Source: a virus (Duplodnaviria > Caudoviricetes). From it: 56,865 bases of DNA. Of the stretch, positions 28,435 through 38,044 are shown piece by piece; the first letter of the stretch is position 1; each line of letters opens with the position of its first letter. The stretch covers positions 1-56,865 of the IMG/VR virus record IMGVR_UViG_3300032304_002452; one strand, given 5' to 3'. The position numbers were made by a program, and so were the translations under genes. The notes beneath the pieces were generated by a model. It worked only from the letters and a program-made list of their open reading frames with translations, searched no databases and was not told the origin of the DNA.

Positions 28435-31400
28435 ATGGATAAACAATTATTAGCAGCATTAGACAACCTTTCAATCGCTTTAGAGATGCTAACCGAATCT
28501 CTTAGTAAAAATAAAGAGGCAAAAAGTCCTACTGCCACTGCTATGCAATCTGGTAATTTTGGAGAACAATTGAAAGAAATTAATAAAGGAATTCAAGAGT
28601 TAAAAGATGATAATAAAAAGATTTTAGATGATACTCAAACCATTATAAAACTCCAGAAAGAGAAGAAAGATAGTTCGATGAATGTTTTCGAAGGAGCAGG
28701 TAAGGAAAATAATAAAAAAATGTTAAAAGATGGAATATCTGTGGTAGTTCTTATTGCTGGTGCTGTTTTGGCGATTGGATTAGCTTTCAAATTAATTGGA
28801 ACAGTTGATTGGAAGTCAGTTTTGGCTATATCAGTTGCGCTTCCAATGATTGCTTTTGCCTTTGAGAAAATGGCAAAAATAAAAGATTTAACTCCAGGTA
28901 AGGTTCTAATGATAGGATTATCAGTTGTTGGTTTATCTATTGCTATTATGTTATCATCAAAAGTTTTAGGTCTTGTTACACCCATAAGTTTATTTCAAGC
29001 ACTGACTGTTGTTTTTATAGCAACGGCATTTGGAGCAGCAGCTTTTGGACTTGGTAGTCTTTTGAAGGCTTTCAAGGATATAAAGGTAGCAGATGCCTTG
29101 AAAGCTTCTTTAGTTTTACCTTTAGTCTTATTAGCTGTTAGTGTTGCAATTGCAGCTTCTTCAGTTGTTTTGCAGGCAGTTCAACCAATAGGTTTATTTC
29201 AAGCCTTGACTGTTGTACTTATTGCGGCCGCATTTGGTGTCGTTTCATATGGTTTAGGTAAACTTATTTCAGCATTTAAGGATATCTCACCTGGTGATGC
29301 AGTAGTTGCAGCATTTTTAATGCCGGTAGTATTGATTGCTTTAAGTTATGCCATAGTAGAGACTTCTAAAATGTTTCAGTCCATAGTGCCAATTGGATTA
29401 TTTCAAGCATTGACCGCTATTCTAATCTCTGCAACTTTTGTTATCTTGGCTTACGCTGTGAAGCCACTTATGAAAGGTGTAGAGGGTGTAACTTTAAAAC
29501 AGATTGGTATGGGAACACTTGTTCTATTAGCGTTGACTGCTGCTGTGGTTGGTGCTTCATGGTTAATGATGGGTCTAAAACCAGTTTCTTTTTCCACTAT
29601 TGCGAAGTTTCTATTTTTATCAATTAGTCTTTCGGTATCAGTTATTGCTTTGGCTTTAGCGGTTAAAATTGTTAATAAACTTGGAACTCCGAAAGATTAT
29701 ATTCAGGGTGGTGCTTCAATTGTTATAATGGCAACCACTATAATGTTGAGTTCTTTGATGATTTCTAAGGGTAATTATAGTAATTATCCAGGATTATTTT
29801 GGAGTTTATTCTCAGGATTGGCAATCGCGGCATTTACCTTAGTAAACTGGTTAGTTATAAAGTTAGGAAGGGTAAAAGACTACATTCAAGGTGGTATATC
29901 AATTGTGGTTATAGCGACGACAATTATGATTACTTCACATTTGATATCAGCCGGTAATTATACTAACTATCCACCATTAATGTGGTCAATTGGAACAGTT
30001 ATAAGTATAGGATTATTTGGAATTGCCGCGGTTCTTTTGGGTACATTCTTGATGAATCCAACATTTTATATGGGACTGGCTGTAATTGTTATAATAGCTG
30101 CAACAATTGTTGCGGTTTCATACATTCTTGGGACTGGTAGTTATGAAAAATATCCAACATTTGGTTGGTCAATGGGTGTTGGTTTGGCACTTGGATTCTT
30201 CGGATTGACAGCTATATTATTAGGTACTCAAGTTTTCAATCCATTCTTTTATGCCGGTCTTGGCATGATTGCTGTTGTTGCACTTGCAATTGTTGGTGTT
30301 TCTTACATTTTTGAACAAGGATCTTATAAAGTTTATCCTCCATCCAGTTGGGTTGTTCCTACTATGTTAATACTTGGAAGTTTTTCGGCAATGGCCGTTT
30401 TACTTGGTATAATAGCTCCAATAGTTCTTTTGGGAGTTGCCACCGCTTTGATTATTAGTGGTTCAATAGTTGCTATTGATAAAATATTTCAAATGGGTTC
30501 CTACAAGGTTTATCCACCTGACGAATGGGTTAATTCAACTATGATGTTGATAGGTAAGTTTGCCATAATGTCATCTGTATTAGCATTAGCTTTACCTTTA
30601 ATTACCCTGGGTACAATTTCAATATTATTGATTGTTGGTGTGATTTATTTAATTGATAAAGTGTTTACTAGTGGTAAATATCGGAAATATCCAAATGAGG
30701 TGTGGCAAAGAGGTGTGACAATGACTATCAATAAATTTGCCAGTTTAATTAAAGATATAAGAAAAAATGTAGGATTTGGAGATTTAATTTTTGGAATTTT
30801 GAAGATTATTGGACTGGCAGAGTCAATAGTTAAAATTGATAAAATATTTAGTGAGGGTAAATATGAAAAGTATCCTAAGAAAGAGTGGGTTGATGGTTCA
30901 ATGTATGCTCTTGAGAAAATGAGAGACTTGGTAGGTAAACAAAGTATGTTTGCTGCAATTGGTGAAGCTATTGGCAACTTTTTTGGAGTTGGAGGTAAAT
31001 CAACTGTGATTAAATTAGCCGAGGGCATTCTTCAATTGGATCAAGTATTCTCAAAAGGTAAATTTCAAAGTTATCCTTCTAAATCTTGGATAGATGGAAT
31101 ACAATATGCTTTGAATAGATTCCAGAATATGTTAGGTGGTAAAACTTTTATGGAATCTCTAAAGTCATTGGTTGGAATGGATTCAAATTCAGCTCTTATA
31201 TCTCTTGCTAAATCAGTTGGTCATGTTGCGGAAGCTTTTGCTAAAGGAGATTATACTAAGTATCCAAAACCTGAGTGGATAGATGGTACAATATATGCTC
31301 TTCAGAAATTTAAGTCTATATTGGGTATGTTGAATTTTGATGATTTGGGTTCTGGGGGCATTATGGGATCAATAACTAGTTTATTTGGTGGTAAGAGTCC

Positions 31401-32106
31401 GTTAGAACAAGCCGTTTCTAATATAACGCTATTAGCAATGGCATTTGAGAAGTTAGGTTCAGCTATGAGTTCTTTCTCAAATTCTATTCAAGACTTAGAT
31501 GTTGAGAAACTTGGATTGGTTAAGAGTATGTCTAATAACGTCATCTTGCTTTCACTTATGGATCCTGATATGTTAGAAAGTGTTCTGACTAAGATAGAAG
31601 AAAAGGGTGGAATATTTGCTGAATTAATTAAAGATTTTGAAGGTAAAAAAGAAACTTCTCCAACCGCAACACCAATGAAAGTGACAACAACCGGAACAAA
31701 ACAAAAAACAGAAGGTCAAATTTTAGCTGAAAAAATAGATGGAATGACAGCTTTACTAGCAGATATATCAAGTGTTGTTGGTTCTAAAGGAGCTTTGAAA
31801 AATTATTTACTTTCAGTTAAAGAAAATCAATTGAATTCGTCAGGAAATGCTCCAAGTACAAGTCGTTCAGATAAAAGACTTAAAAATATATTGAAGAAAG
31901 TTGGTCAATCTATTAGTGGTATAAATATTTATCACTTTACATACACATTCAATCCAAGGATTATTTACCAAGGTGTTATTGCTCAAGAGTTATTAAATAC
32001 TCCGTTTGAACATGCTCTAGTTATAGATAAAAATGGATTCTATTCGGTTGATTATTCTAAATTAGATGTTCAGTTTAAAAAAATATCAACATCTGATACT
32101 TTTTGA
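28435..32106 (+). CDS. Tape-measure-like multi-pass membrane protein with C-terminal S74 intramolecular chaperone domain
   Basis: 1223 aa; coiled-coil N-terminus, many hydrophobic helices, GxYxxYP repeats; SDKRLKNI..IY.FTY..GVIAQEL..VDYSKL. Confidence 0.6.
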   Translation: MDKQLLAALDNLSIALEMLTESLSKNKEAKSPTATAMQSGNFGEQLKEINKGIQELKDDNKKILDDTQTIIKLQKEKKDSSMNVFEGAGKENNKKMLKDGISVVVLIAGAVLAIGLAFKLIGTVDWKSVLAISVALPMIAFAFEKMAKIKDLTPGKVLMIGLSVVGLSIAIMLSSKVLGLVTPISLFQALTVVFIATAFGAAAFGLGSLLKAFKDIKVADALKASLVLPLVLLAVSVAIAASSVVLQAVQPIGLFQALTVVLIAAAFGVVSYGLGKLISAFKDISPGDAVVAAFLMPVVLIALSYAIVETSKMFQSIVPIGLFQALTAILISATFVILAYAVKPLMKGVEGVTLKQIGMGTLVLLALTAAVVGASWLMMGLKPVSFSTIAKFLFLSISLSVSVIALALAVKIVNKLGTPKDYIQGGASIVIMATTIMLSSLMISKGNYSNYPGLFWSLFSGLAIAAFTLVNWLVIKLGRVKDYIQGGISIVVIATTIMITSHLISAGNYTNYPPLMWSIGTVISIGLFGIAAVLLGTFLMNPTFYMGLAVIVIIAATIVAVSYILGTGSYEKYPTFGWSMGVGLALGFFGLTAILLGTQVFNPFFYAGLGMIAVVALAIVGVSYIFEQGSYKVYPPSSWVVPTMLILGSFSAMAVLLGIIAPIVLLGVATALIISGSIVAIDKIFQMGSYKVYPPDEWVNSTMMLIGKFAIMSSVLALALPLITLGTISILLIVGVIYLIDKVFTSGKYRKYPNEVWQRGVTMTINKFASLIKDIRKNVGFGDLIFGILKIIGLAESIVKIDKIFSEGKYEKYPKKEWVDGSMYALEKMRDLVGKQSMFAAIGEAIGNFFGVGGKSTVIKLAEGILQLDQVFSKGKFQSYPSKSWIDGIQYALNRFQNMLGGKTFMESLKSLVGMDSNSALISLAKSVGHVAEAFAKGDYTKYPKPEWIDGTIYALQKFKSILGMLNFDDLGSGGIMGSITSLFGGKSPLEQAVSNITLLAMAFEKLGSAMSSFSNSIQDLDVEKLGLVKSMSNNVILLSLMDPDMLESVLTKIEEKGGIFAELIKDFEGKKETSPTATPMKVTTTGTKQKTEGQILAEKIDGMTALLADISSVVGSKGALKNYLLSVKENQLNSSGNAPSTSRSDKRLKNILKKVGQSISGINIYHFTYTFNPRIIYQGVIAQELLNTPFEHALVIDKNGFYSVDYSKLDVQFKKISTSDTF

Positions 32107-32119
32107 TATATAAATATAT

Positions 32120-32551
32120 ATGAGTATTTTAAAAGATTTGAGATTATTTTTTTCTTATAAATCTTCTATTCGTAAGAATAAAGTTCGCCTTCAGGGAGAT
32201 TTCAATATGAGAATTGATAATGCTGATAGGATGTATACCGTTTTAAATATACCCTCTAATTTGGTAGAGGAACCTTATAATTTAAGAAAGGAAGATATTG
32301 ATAAGATAGCTCAAAATTACATTAGAGATTACATTAATGAGTTATCTACCTTTCTAAATTCAATAGGTATATCAGAATTATATGATTTCTATGAACCTAT
32401 CAAAAAGGTTGATAAATATTCCTATTTAATAGTGATTGGATATAAACAATTAGACTCAGTGGAAATTAATAAGATTTTATATCGGGTAATATTACCAATT
32501 ATTTCAATAGTTGGTTTAATTTCTTTCACATTTTGGTTGTGGAAAGTATAA
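32120..32551 (+). CDS. Hypothetical protein with C-terminal TM helix
   Basis: 143 aa; hydrophobic C-terminus. Confidence 0.6.
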   Translation: MSILKDLRLFFSYKSSIRKNKVRLQGDFNMRIDNADRMYTVLNIPSNLVEEPYNLRKEDIDKIAQNYIRDYINELSTFLNSIGISELYDFYEPIKKVDKYSYLIVIGYKQLDSVEINKILYRVILPIISIVGLISFTFWLWKV

Positions 32552-32595
32552 ACAAATTTTTCAATTTTTCTTATAATATAAAAAAAAATCTATAA

Positions 32596-33021
32596 ATGAG
32601 TAAATTTTACGAAGTTTCTGAGGACTCTCAAAAAGAGTTCTTCAACGTTTTCAACAAAAAATCTTTTCCAATTTCAGTTGGTATCCAATTCATTGGATCT
32701 GAAAAACAAAAACAATTGATTAAAATATCTAAATTGGCTGATCAACATGCCTTTCTTTTAAATAAGGAGTTGTTAGTTTCAGTTAATGAGGATCTATTTA
32801 GTGTGTTTGATGAGGTGTCAATTTATATCCTTATTGAGCAAGAGATTGATAAAATTTCTATTGAGACTGAATCTGGTAAAATAAAAATGATTAAGCCAGA
32901 TTTAACAACTTTCTCATCTTTAATCACTAAATATGGAGTAGAAAAGGTTGCTAAGGCAAATCAAGTTGAGGAGTTATATCAACAACAAAAAGCTGATGGT
33001 GCTGAAGAATTTACCTTTTAA
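32596..33021 (+). CDS. Hypothetical protein
   Basis: 141 aa ORF in operon. Confidence 0.6.
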   Translation: MSKFYEVSEDSQKEFFNVFNKKSFPISVGIQFIGSEKQKQLIKISKLADQHAFLLNKELLVSVNEDLFSVFDEVSIYILIEQEIDKISIETESGKIKMIKPDLTTFSSLITKYGVEKVAKANQVEELYQQQKADGAEEFTF

Positions 33022-33038
33022 ATTAAAAATAAATAATT

Positions 33039-33269
33039 ATGAATATATCAAAAACTTATATCAGTGCTCTTACTAAAAAGTATGAAGCTCAAATGGAAGA
33101 AGCAAAGGCAAACTTAGCTTTATATCTATCAAACTCAAATTTAGCAGCAATTGGAGAACACTCTGACTTATTATCTGAGCATGATAGATGGGTTGGTCAA
33201 TACTGTGAGGCTAAAGATAAATTAGAATCTTTGAATCTTTTAATTGAAGAATTAGGATTAAAAAAATAA
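33039..33269 (+). CDS. Small coiled-coil phage protein (IGEHSD motif)
   Basis: 76 aa ORF. Confidence 0.6.
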   Translation: MNISKTYISALTKKYEAQMEEAKANLALYLSNSNLAAIGEHSDLLSEHDRWVGQYCEAKDKLESLNLLIEELGLKK

Positions 33270-33277
33270 TAAATAAA

Positions 33278-33937
33278 ATGAATCAAAACGTACAAGTAAA
33301 TACTGTAAAACCAGAATTATCATTTTTTGAAAATGATGTTTTAAATAGACTTTTGAATTTCGATCGAGAGCTTTTATTGGACTCTAAAGTTGAAGAAGTT
33401 GAAAACTTCATGAAAAATAATCCAGGACATGGATTATCAGAAGAATATAAAGATGTTCTTTATGGAAATGCTCAAAATTTATATAATGAGTATAAAAAAG
33501 CTTTAAGAGATGTTAAGTTTAACTTCTACTTAAACAGACCACAATATAATCTTTTAACTGATTTACTTTTGAAGAAGTTAGAATATGATGTGAATACTGT
33601 TTTCATCGCCATTGAACTTACTGAACTTCTTGGTGGTATGGAAGGAACTAAGTATCAAAATGATACTGAGATTAAGTTATTTGAGGTTACAGCAACTGAA
33701 TTGACTTATATCTACCATCTAATTCAAAATCATAAGGTTAAAGGATTAGCTAAGGAGGCTTATGTATTTTCTAAACTTCTTGTTAGAATTGGTGAAGTGT
33801 CTAAGGTGATTAATTATTATGATGCAACTGCAAAAAGATTACCAGAAGAAATATCTCAATGGGCTTTGAGAATGGATGCATCTGATGTGATGTTATCGGA
33901 AGTACTTCCTAAATCAGAAACACAATTACAAGATTAA
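33278..33937 (+). CDS. Hypothetical protein
   Basis: 219 aa followed by a terminator. Confidence 0.65.
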   Translation: MNQNVQVNTVKPELSFFENDVLNRLLNFDRELLLDSKVEEVENFMKNNPGHGLSEEYKDVLYGNAQNLYNEYKKALRDVKFNFYLNRPQYNLLTDLLLKKLEYDVNTVFIAIELTELLGGMEGTKYQNDTEIKLFEVTATELTYIYHLIQNHKVKGLAKEAYVFSKLLVRIGEVSKVINYYDATAKRLPEEISQWALRMDASDVMLSEVLPKSETQLQD

Positions 33938-33942
33938 AAATT

Positions 33943-33965
33943 AAACCCTCTTCGGAGGGTTTTTT
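33943..33965 (+). terminator. Intrinsic terminator with TTCG loop
   Basis: aaaccctc-ttcg-gagggttttttt. Confidence 0.85.
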
Positions 33966-33970
33966 ATTAG

Positions 33971-34162
33971 ATGAAAGATAAAATTAAAAAGATTAAACAA
34001 TTAAGAAATAGTAGAAATAATACTATTAATTATAGTCAGTATATATCTGAATCTATTGATAAATCTATTTCTTACACTGACTATTTGAGTCAGAACCTTT
34101 ATATTGATAATCAAACTAATGTAAGTTATTCGGAATATTTAGCTGAAAAAATTAAGCCTTAA
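33971..34162 (+). CDS. Small protein with three Y(S/T)xY(I/L)x(E/Q) repeats
   Basis: INYSQYISE / ISYTDYLSQ / VSYSEYLAE. Confidence 0.5.
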   Translation: MKDKIKKIKQLRNSRNNTINYSQYISESIDKSISYTDYLSQNLYIDNQTNVSYSEYLAEKIKP

Positions 34163-34400
34163 ATTCTGAAAATCTAACTAGGTGTGTTAGTGATTCTTCA
34201 ACTTTTGTAACTTTTTCTGGTAATCCTTTGTGTTTAGTTTTAGCAAAATCTTTAAGAGATTTAGTACCTTTCTTTTTTCCTTTTTTCATGAAAGATTTAG
34301 CCACATCTTTAATCACTTTTGGTGCGTCTTTTAATTCACCCTTTGCGTAGGCATAAGCGGCTCCTAATAGTTTTTGTTGTGCTTTCGATTTGGCTGGCAT
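34152..34400 (-). CDS. DUF3008-like small basic protein
   Basis: MPAKSKAQQK...FAKTKHKGLPEKV; C-terminal tag-like HLVRFSEF. Confidence 0.6.
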   Translation of the reverse strand: MPAKSKAQQKLLGAAYAYAKGELKDAPKVIKDVAKSFMKKGKKKGTKSLKDFAKTKHKGLPEKVTKVEESLTHLVRFSEFKA

Positions 34401-34413
34401 GTTAGTAATTAAT

Positions 34414-34854
34414 TTAATCTATATATTTAATATTAATATTTAAAAGTTCTTTCCCGTATTTTATGGACAGTTCTTTTCCTTTTTCTGTGAGAGTTATTAA
34501 CTTACCTTTTTCATATTCTGATAATTTCCAAATACCATCATCTTCATATTTTTTTATGAAAGCCAATCCGGATTTACTTAAATCTTTAGTATAGTATCTA
34601 CTTCTTTTGTTTATCAAAATGGCTAATAATTTTAGTTTTAAGGCTATTTTATATTGAGAACCTCTATACTCTTTTTTAACGGACATTACTTCGTGATAGG
34701 GTATTTCATCATCTGAGATACTGAATATTACACGACCAGCTAATACATCACTTTGATATGCTTCGATACAATAGGTATCATAATAATCTTTTGGTCCTAC
34801 AAAAATTATTTCTTCTTTAGATTCTTTTATAAACTGTTTAAATTTGTTAATCAT
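34414..34854 (-). CDS. GNAT-like acetyltransferase with MINKFKQFIKES tag
   Basis: MSVKKEYRGSQYKIA resembles GNAT motif A; LSKSGLAF. Confidence 0.45.
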   Translation of the reverse strand: MINKFKQFIKESKEEIIFVGPKDYYDTYCIEAYQSDVLAGRVIFSISDDEIPYHEVMSVKKEYRGSQYKIALKLKLLAILINKRSRYYTKDLSKSGLAFIKKYEDDGIWKLSEYEKGKLITLTEKGKELSIKYGKELLNINIKYID

Positions 34855-34863
34855 TTCTATTTT

Positions 34864-35481
34864 TTATTTTATAGGACAATGTGATGCTGACCAAATATAT
34901 TTATAATTTCGTTTGATTTTAACACCTAATTTTTCAGCTAAAGTGACAACATCTTCTAAACATTCTGAATCAGAACCACCCACTATTTCTACGGTTTTAC
35001 TTTTTAATGATTGTAAAATATCATAAAGCTTTTTAGGAGAGTGAAACCAAACGTGATTATTACCTATGTAAACAATAACGGTTCCTTCTTTGGTCGGAAA
35101 CATATCACCCTTCTTTAATTGTTTCTTTTCTTCTAGATCTGAAATTTTATCATAAACTTCTTTATCTAATATCTTCTTATAGAAATCAGCATCAACTTTA
35201 TAGTTATATCTTTTTTCTATTCTTTCTTTTACGTTGGGAAAATTGTAGAACTCATCTGAAATAGGAATATCCGGATTCTCATCATATAGATAGTCTTTAT
35301 CTACATTTTTACCTTCGTGATGATTATCAAATATCTGATAAACATTTTCAAAATTATTACAGTATTTTGTTAATTGATTAATATACATTTCGGTGAAGTA
35401 CTTACTAAATGCTTTCTGTACGTCAACAATTATTAGATATTTAATTCCGTTGTAATTTTCAAAAGTTTTAATCCATTTCAT
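34864..35481 (-). CDS. Isochorismatase-like cysteine hydrolase with MKWIKTFENY tag
   Basis: LIIVDVQK..F and VEIVGGSDSECLEDV; start reassigned to 35481. Confidence 0.6.
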   Translation of the reverse strand: MKWIKTFENYNGIKYLIIVDVQKAFSKYFTEMYINQLTKYCNNFENVYQIFDNHHEGKNVDKDYLYDENPDIPISDEFYNFPNVKERIEKRYNYKVDADFYKKILDKEVYDKISDLEEKKQLKKGDMFPTKEGTVIVYIGNNHVWFHSPKKLYDILQSLKSKTVEIVGGSDSECLEDVVTLAEKLGVKIKRNYKYIWSASHCPIK

Positions 35482-35499
35482 ATAGTATATATAAAAAAA

Positions 35500-35528
35500 G
35501 AAACGAAACACTTTTGATGTTTCGTTTC
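35500..35528 (-). terminator. Intrinsic terminator
   Basis: gaaacgaaaca-cttttga-tgtttcgtttc, T-run on the minus strand. Confidence 0.7.
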
Positions 35529-35554
35529 AGATATTTTTAAATTTAATTATCTAA

Positions 35555-36142
35555 TTAAAGTGGAAGTTCTTCTTCACCACCTTCTTCTTCACCTTGACCT
35601 TCTTCTTCTTCACCTACTTCTTCAAATTCTCCTTGTCCTTGAGACTGTCCTTGTCCTTGAGCCTGTCCTTGTCCTTGAGCCTGTCCTTGTCCTTGAGCCT
35701 GTCCTTGTCCTTGAGCCTGTCCTTGTGGTTCAGCTTCTGTTTGAACCTGAACTTGACCTTGACCTTGTGGTTGAACTTGAGTTTGACCTTGTGGTTGACC
35801 TTGTCCCTGAGTTTGAGCTTGTGGTTGAGCTTGAGCCTGTCCTTCTGGTGATCCTTGTGCATCACCTGTTAAAGCACCGGCAGGAACCTGATCAACATTA
35901 GTGAAATTAAGGGTAACATACTTTACAATTTCTTCTGCGATATCTATATCACCAAAGAATTGTCTTAAATTTTTTCCAGTATTATCTTTTACTTTTTTAA
36001 CATATGCGTTAATAAGAGATTGAGGAATATCAATCAAAGTTCTTACTTTATAGATATCGTTCACTTGAAGAACGGATTCTTTAATTATTTCATCTTTTCT
36101 CTTGTTATTGCGATAAGATTCAAATTTTCTAATGTGTTTCAT
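35555..36142 (-). CDS. Protein with MKHIRKFESY tag and Q/G-rich then acidic low-complexity tail
   Basis: 195 aa; (QAQGQG)n and EEE-rich end. Confidence 0.7.
   Translation of the reverse strand: MKHIRKFESYRNNKRKDEIIKESVLQVNDIYKVRTLIDIPQSLINAYVKKVKDNTGKNLRQFFGDIDIAEEIVKYVTLNFTNVDQVPAGALTGDAQGSPEGQAQAQPQAQTQGQGQPQGQTQVQPQGQGQVQVQTEAEPQGQAQGQGQAQGQGQAQGQGQAQGQGQSQGQGEFEEVGEEEEGQGEEEGGEEELPL
35631..35727. repeat. Coding tandem repeat, 18-bp unit (tgagcctgtccttgtcct), about 5 copies
   Basis: Read directly; encodes QAQGQG. Confidence 0.85.
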
Positions 36143-36196
36143 CCTATTAAGATATTTTTTATAACATATATATTACTTATAAAAAGTCATTTTTTG

Positions 36197-36718
36197 TTAT
36201 TTTGTTCCTAAAAATATACCAAGAAAAATTGCTATTGCAGAAACAACACCAGTTGTTGTCCACCCAGCTATTCCTTTAACTTTTGCTTTAGTTAGATCTT
36301 TTTTTAATCCTTTAATGATTGTTGAATCATTATTTCTTTGTTGTTCACATAAATCAAGTCTGAAAAGTGCATTAGCTACTTGTGATTTGAGGTCTTTGAC
36401 CATATCATCTTGCTTTTTCATGGCTTCGTCTTGTTTTGTCACTTTGTAGTTTAAAATTGTAATTTTATCATTCATATTATTGATAACACCTACATAGTAA
36501 GTATCCAAACTATCGCATTTAATTGAAAGTTTTTCAAATAAACCTAACAGTTCTGTATTATTGTCTAATTTTTGAACTTGTTCGATAGTTAGAAGAATGC
36601 CGATTGTATCACCATTTTGAACATAGTATTGTGGTAAATCTGCTTTTACGAAAGATGTCTGTGAGAATCCTAACATAACTGTTAAAATTAAACCTAAGGT
36701 TAGTAATAAGCTTTTCAT
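36197..36718 (-). CDS. Signal peptide + coiled coil + C-terminal TM (spanin-like)
   Basis: Topology by eye; paired with the upstream TM-coiled-coil gene. Confidence 0.45.
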   Translation of the reverse strand: MKSLLLTLGLILTVMLGFSQTSFVKADLPQYYVQNGDTIGILLTIEQVQKLDNNTELLGLFEKLSIKCDSLDTYYVGVINNMNDKITILNYKVTKQDEAMKKQDDMVKDLKSQVANALFRLDLCEQQRNNDSTIIKGLKKDLTKAKVKGIAGWTTTGVVSAIAIFLGIFLGTK

Positions 36719-36720
36719 AA

Positions 36721-37173
36721 TTATTTCGTTTTTTCTTTTATAGATTCCAAAAGATTATCACCAGTTCTTTTAATTGGATTATCTCTTAGTTCTTGAATTT
36801 CGGCTTTAGTTTTTGATATACCAGCTTTGAAATCTTTCAAATCTTTATTTGCTTTAACCAATTGAGCTTCTTTGTCTTTTAGTTTTAAATCTAAAGCCTT
36901 TATATCAACCTTAATTTTTTCTAAATCTGTTGAATCCTCTTCAAACTTTTTTTGAAGCTTTTCAAAATCACTTGCAAGAATATCTTTTTGTTTTTGTAAT
37001 TTTTTGTTTTGTTTTTCAAGAGCTATCCTTTCTTTTCTATGATTTTCACCGCTGAAATACCATTGTGTAAAAAATATTCCAGCTATTAGAAATAGAATCA
37101 CAATCATAATTGATTTTATGTCCAGTGTATTTGACTCTGGCTTCATAAATAAACTTTTGAGTAATGTTTTCAT
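36721..37173 (-). CDS. N-terminal TM + coiled coil (i-spanin-like)
   Basis: IMIVILFLIAGIFF then a long heptad region. Confidence 0.45.
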   Translation of the reverse strand: MKTLLKSLFMKPESNTLDIKSIMIVILFLIAGIFFTQWYFSGENHRKERIALEKQNKKLQKQKDILASDFEKLQKKFEEDSTDLEKIKVDIKALDLKLKDKEAQLVKANKDLKDFKAGISKTKAEIQELRDNPIKRTGDNLLESIKEKTK

Positions 37174-37237
37174 TTTTTAATTATTTTTTGTATATTAGCT
37201 GACTTAATATATATCTATAAATTAATCTCTCATTTAG

Positions 37238-37759
37238 ATGAAAAAAATAGTTAGCTTTGACTTTGATGGTACAATGTGTTTCACTCCTGAGCCAATAGAA
37301 GGTGAAAAAGTGTGGCAGGAAAAAACAGGTACCGTTTGGCCCTACACCGGATGGTGGTCAAAAAAAGAAACACTTGACCAGAATATTTTCCATATTCCGA
37401 TTAATCCATTTGTTTATAAAAAATACTTAGAAGTGGTTGCTGAAGATGAAACTATGGTCATTTTGGCTACTGGTCGTTTGATTAAACTACAAAGAGAAGT
37501 TGAAAAGGTTCTAAAATCTCATAATCTTGAGTTTGATTTAATCGCTTGTAATAGTGGTGGTGAAACTTATCGTTTCAAAACTAAACTTTTTGAAGATTTA
37601 ATTAATAAATATAAACCAGAAGTTTTTGTCATGTATGATGATAGACACGATCATCTTGTTCAATTTGAAATGTGGGCAAGATTTCAACCATGTCGTGTTG
37701 AGATTATTGATGTGACTAAATCTGACAAAACCCCTTTGATAATAAACTCTACTAAATAA
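37238..37759 (+). CDS. HAD-superfamily phosphatase (RNA-repair HAD-like)
   Basis: FDFDGT, LATGR, conserved K, MYDDR. Confidence 0.75.
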   Translation: MKKIVSFDFDGTMCFTPEPIEGEKVWQEKTGTVWPYTGWWSKKETLDQNIFHIPINPFVYKKYLEVVAEDETMVILATGRLIKLQREVEKVLKSHNLEFDLIACNSGGETYRFKTKLFEDLINKYKPEVFVMYDDRHDHLVQFEMWARFQPCRVEIIDVTKSDKTPLIINSTK

Positions 37760-37762
37760 AAT

Positions 37763-38044
37763 ATGGCAACAATTACAAAAAAGAAAACTAAATCAGAAGT
37801 CGATCAGATTTTATCTAAACCCTTTAAAATCATACTACATAATGATGATTTTAATTCTTTTGATTGGGTAATCACTTGTTTAATTAAGATTTGTGGACAC
37901 GAGTATGAACAGGCAAATCAAATCGCTCACCTAGTTCATTTCAAAGGTGAATGTGATGTTAAGTATGGTGATTTTGAAAAGCTTTCAATTCTTAAGGAGA
38001 AGTTACAAAATGCTGGTCTTTCAGTCACTATCGAGGCGGTTTAA
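37763..38044 (+). CDS. clpS: ATP-dependent Clp protease adaptor ClpS
   Basis: ILHNDDFNSFDWVI..QA.QIA.LVHFKG.C.VK.G..GL. Confidence 0.88.
   Translation: MATITKKKTKSEVDQILSKPFKIILHNDDFNSFDWVITCLIKICGHEYEQANQIAHLVHFKGECDVKYGDFEKLSILKEKLQNAGLSVTIEAV

Noticed and set aside
32596-33021. Phage metallopeptidase
   Set aside because: The position expected for HExxH reads EQEID; no zinc ligands.
35560-35901. Plus-strand and alternate-frame ORFs with LS/EPVLVL/DKDRLK repeats; possible CRISPR-like repeat
   Set aside because: Shadows of the coding QG tandem repeat; no spacers.
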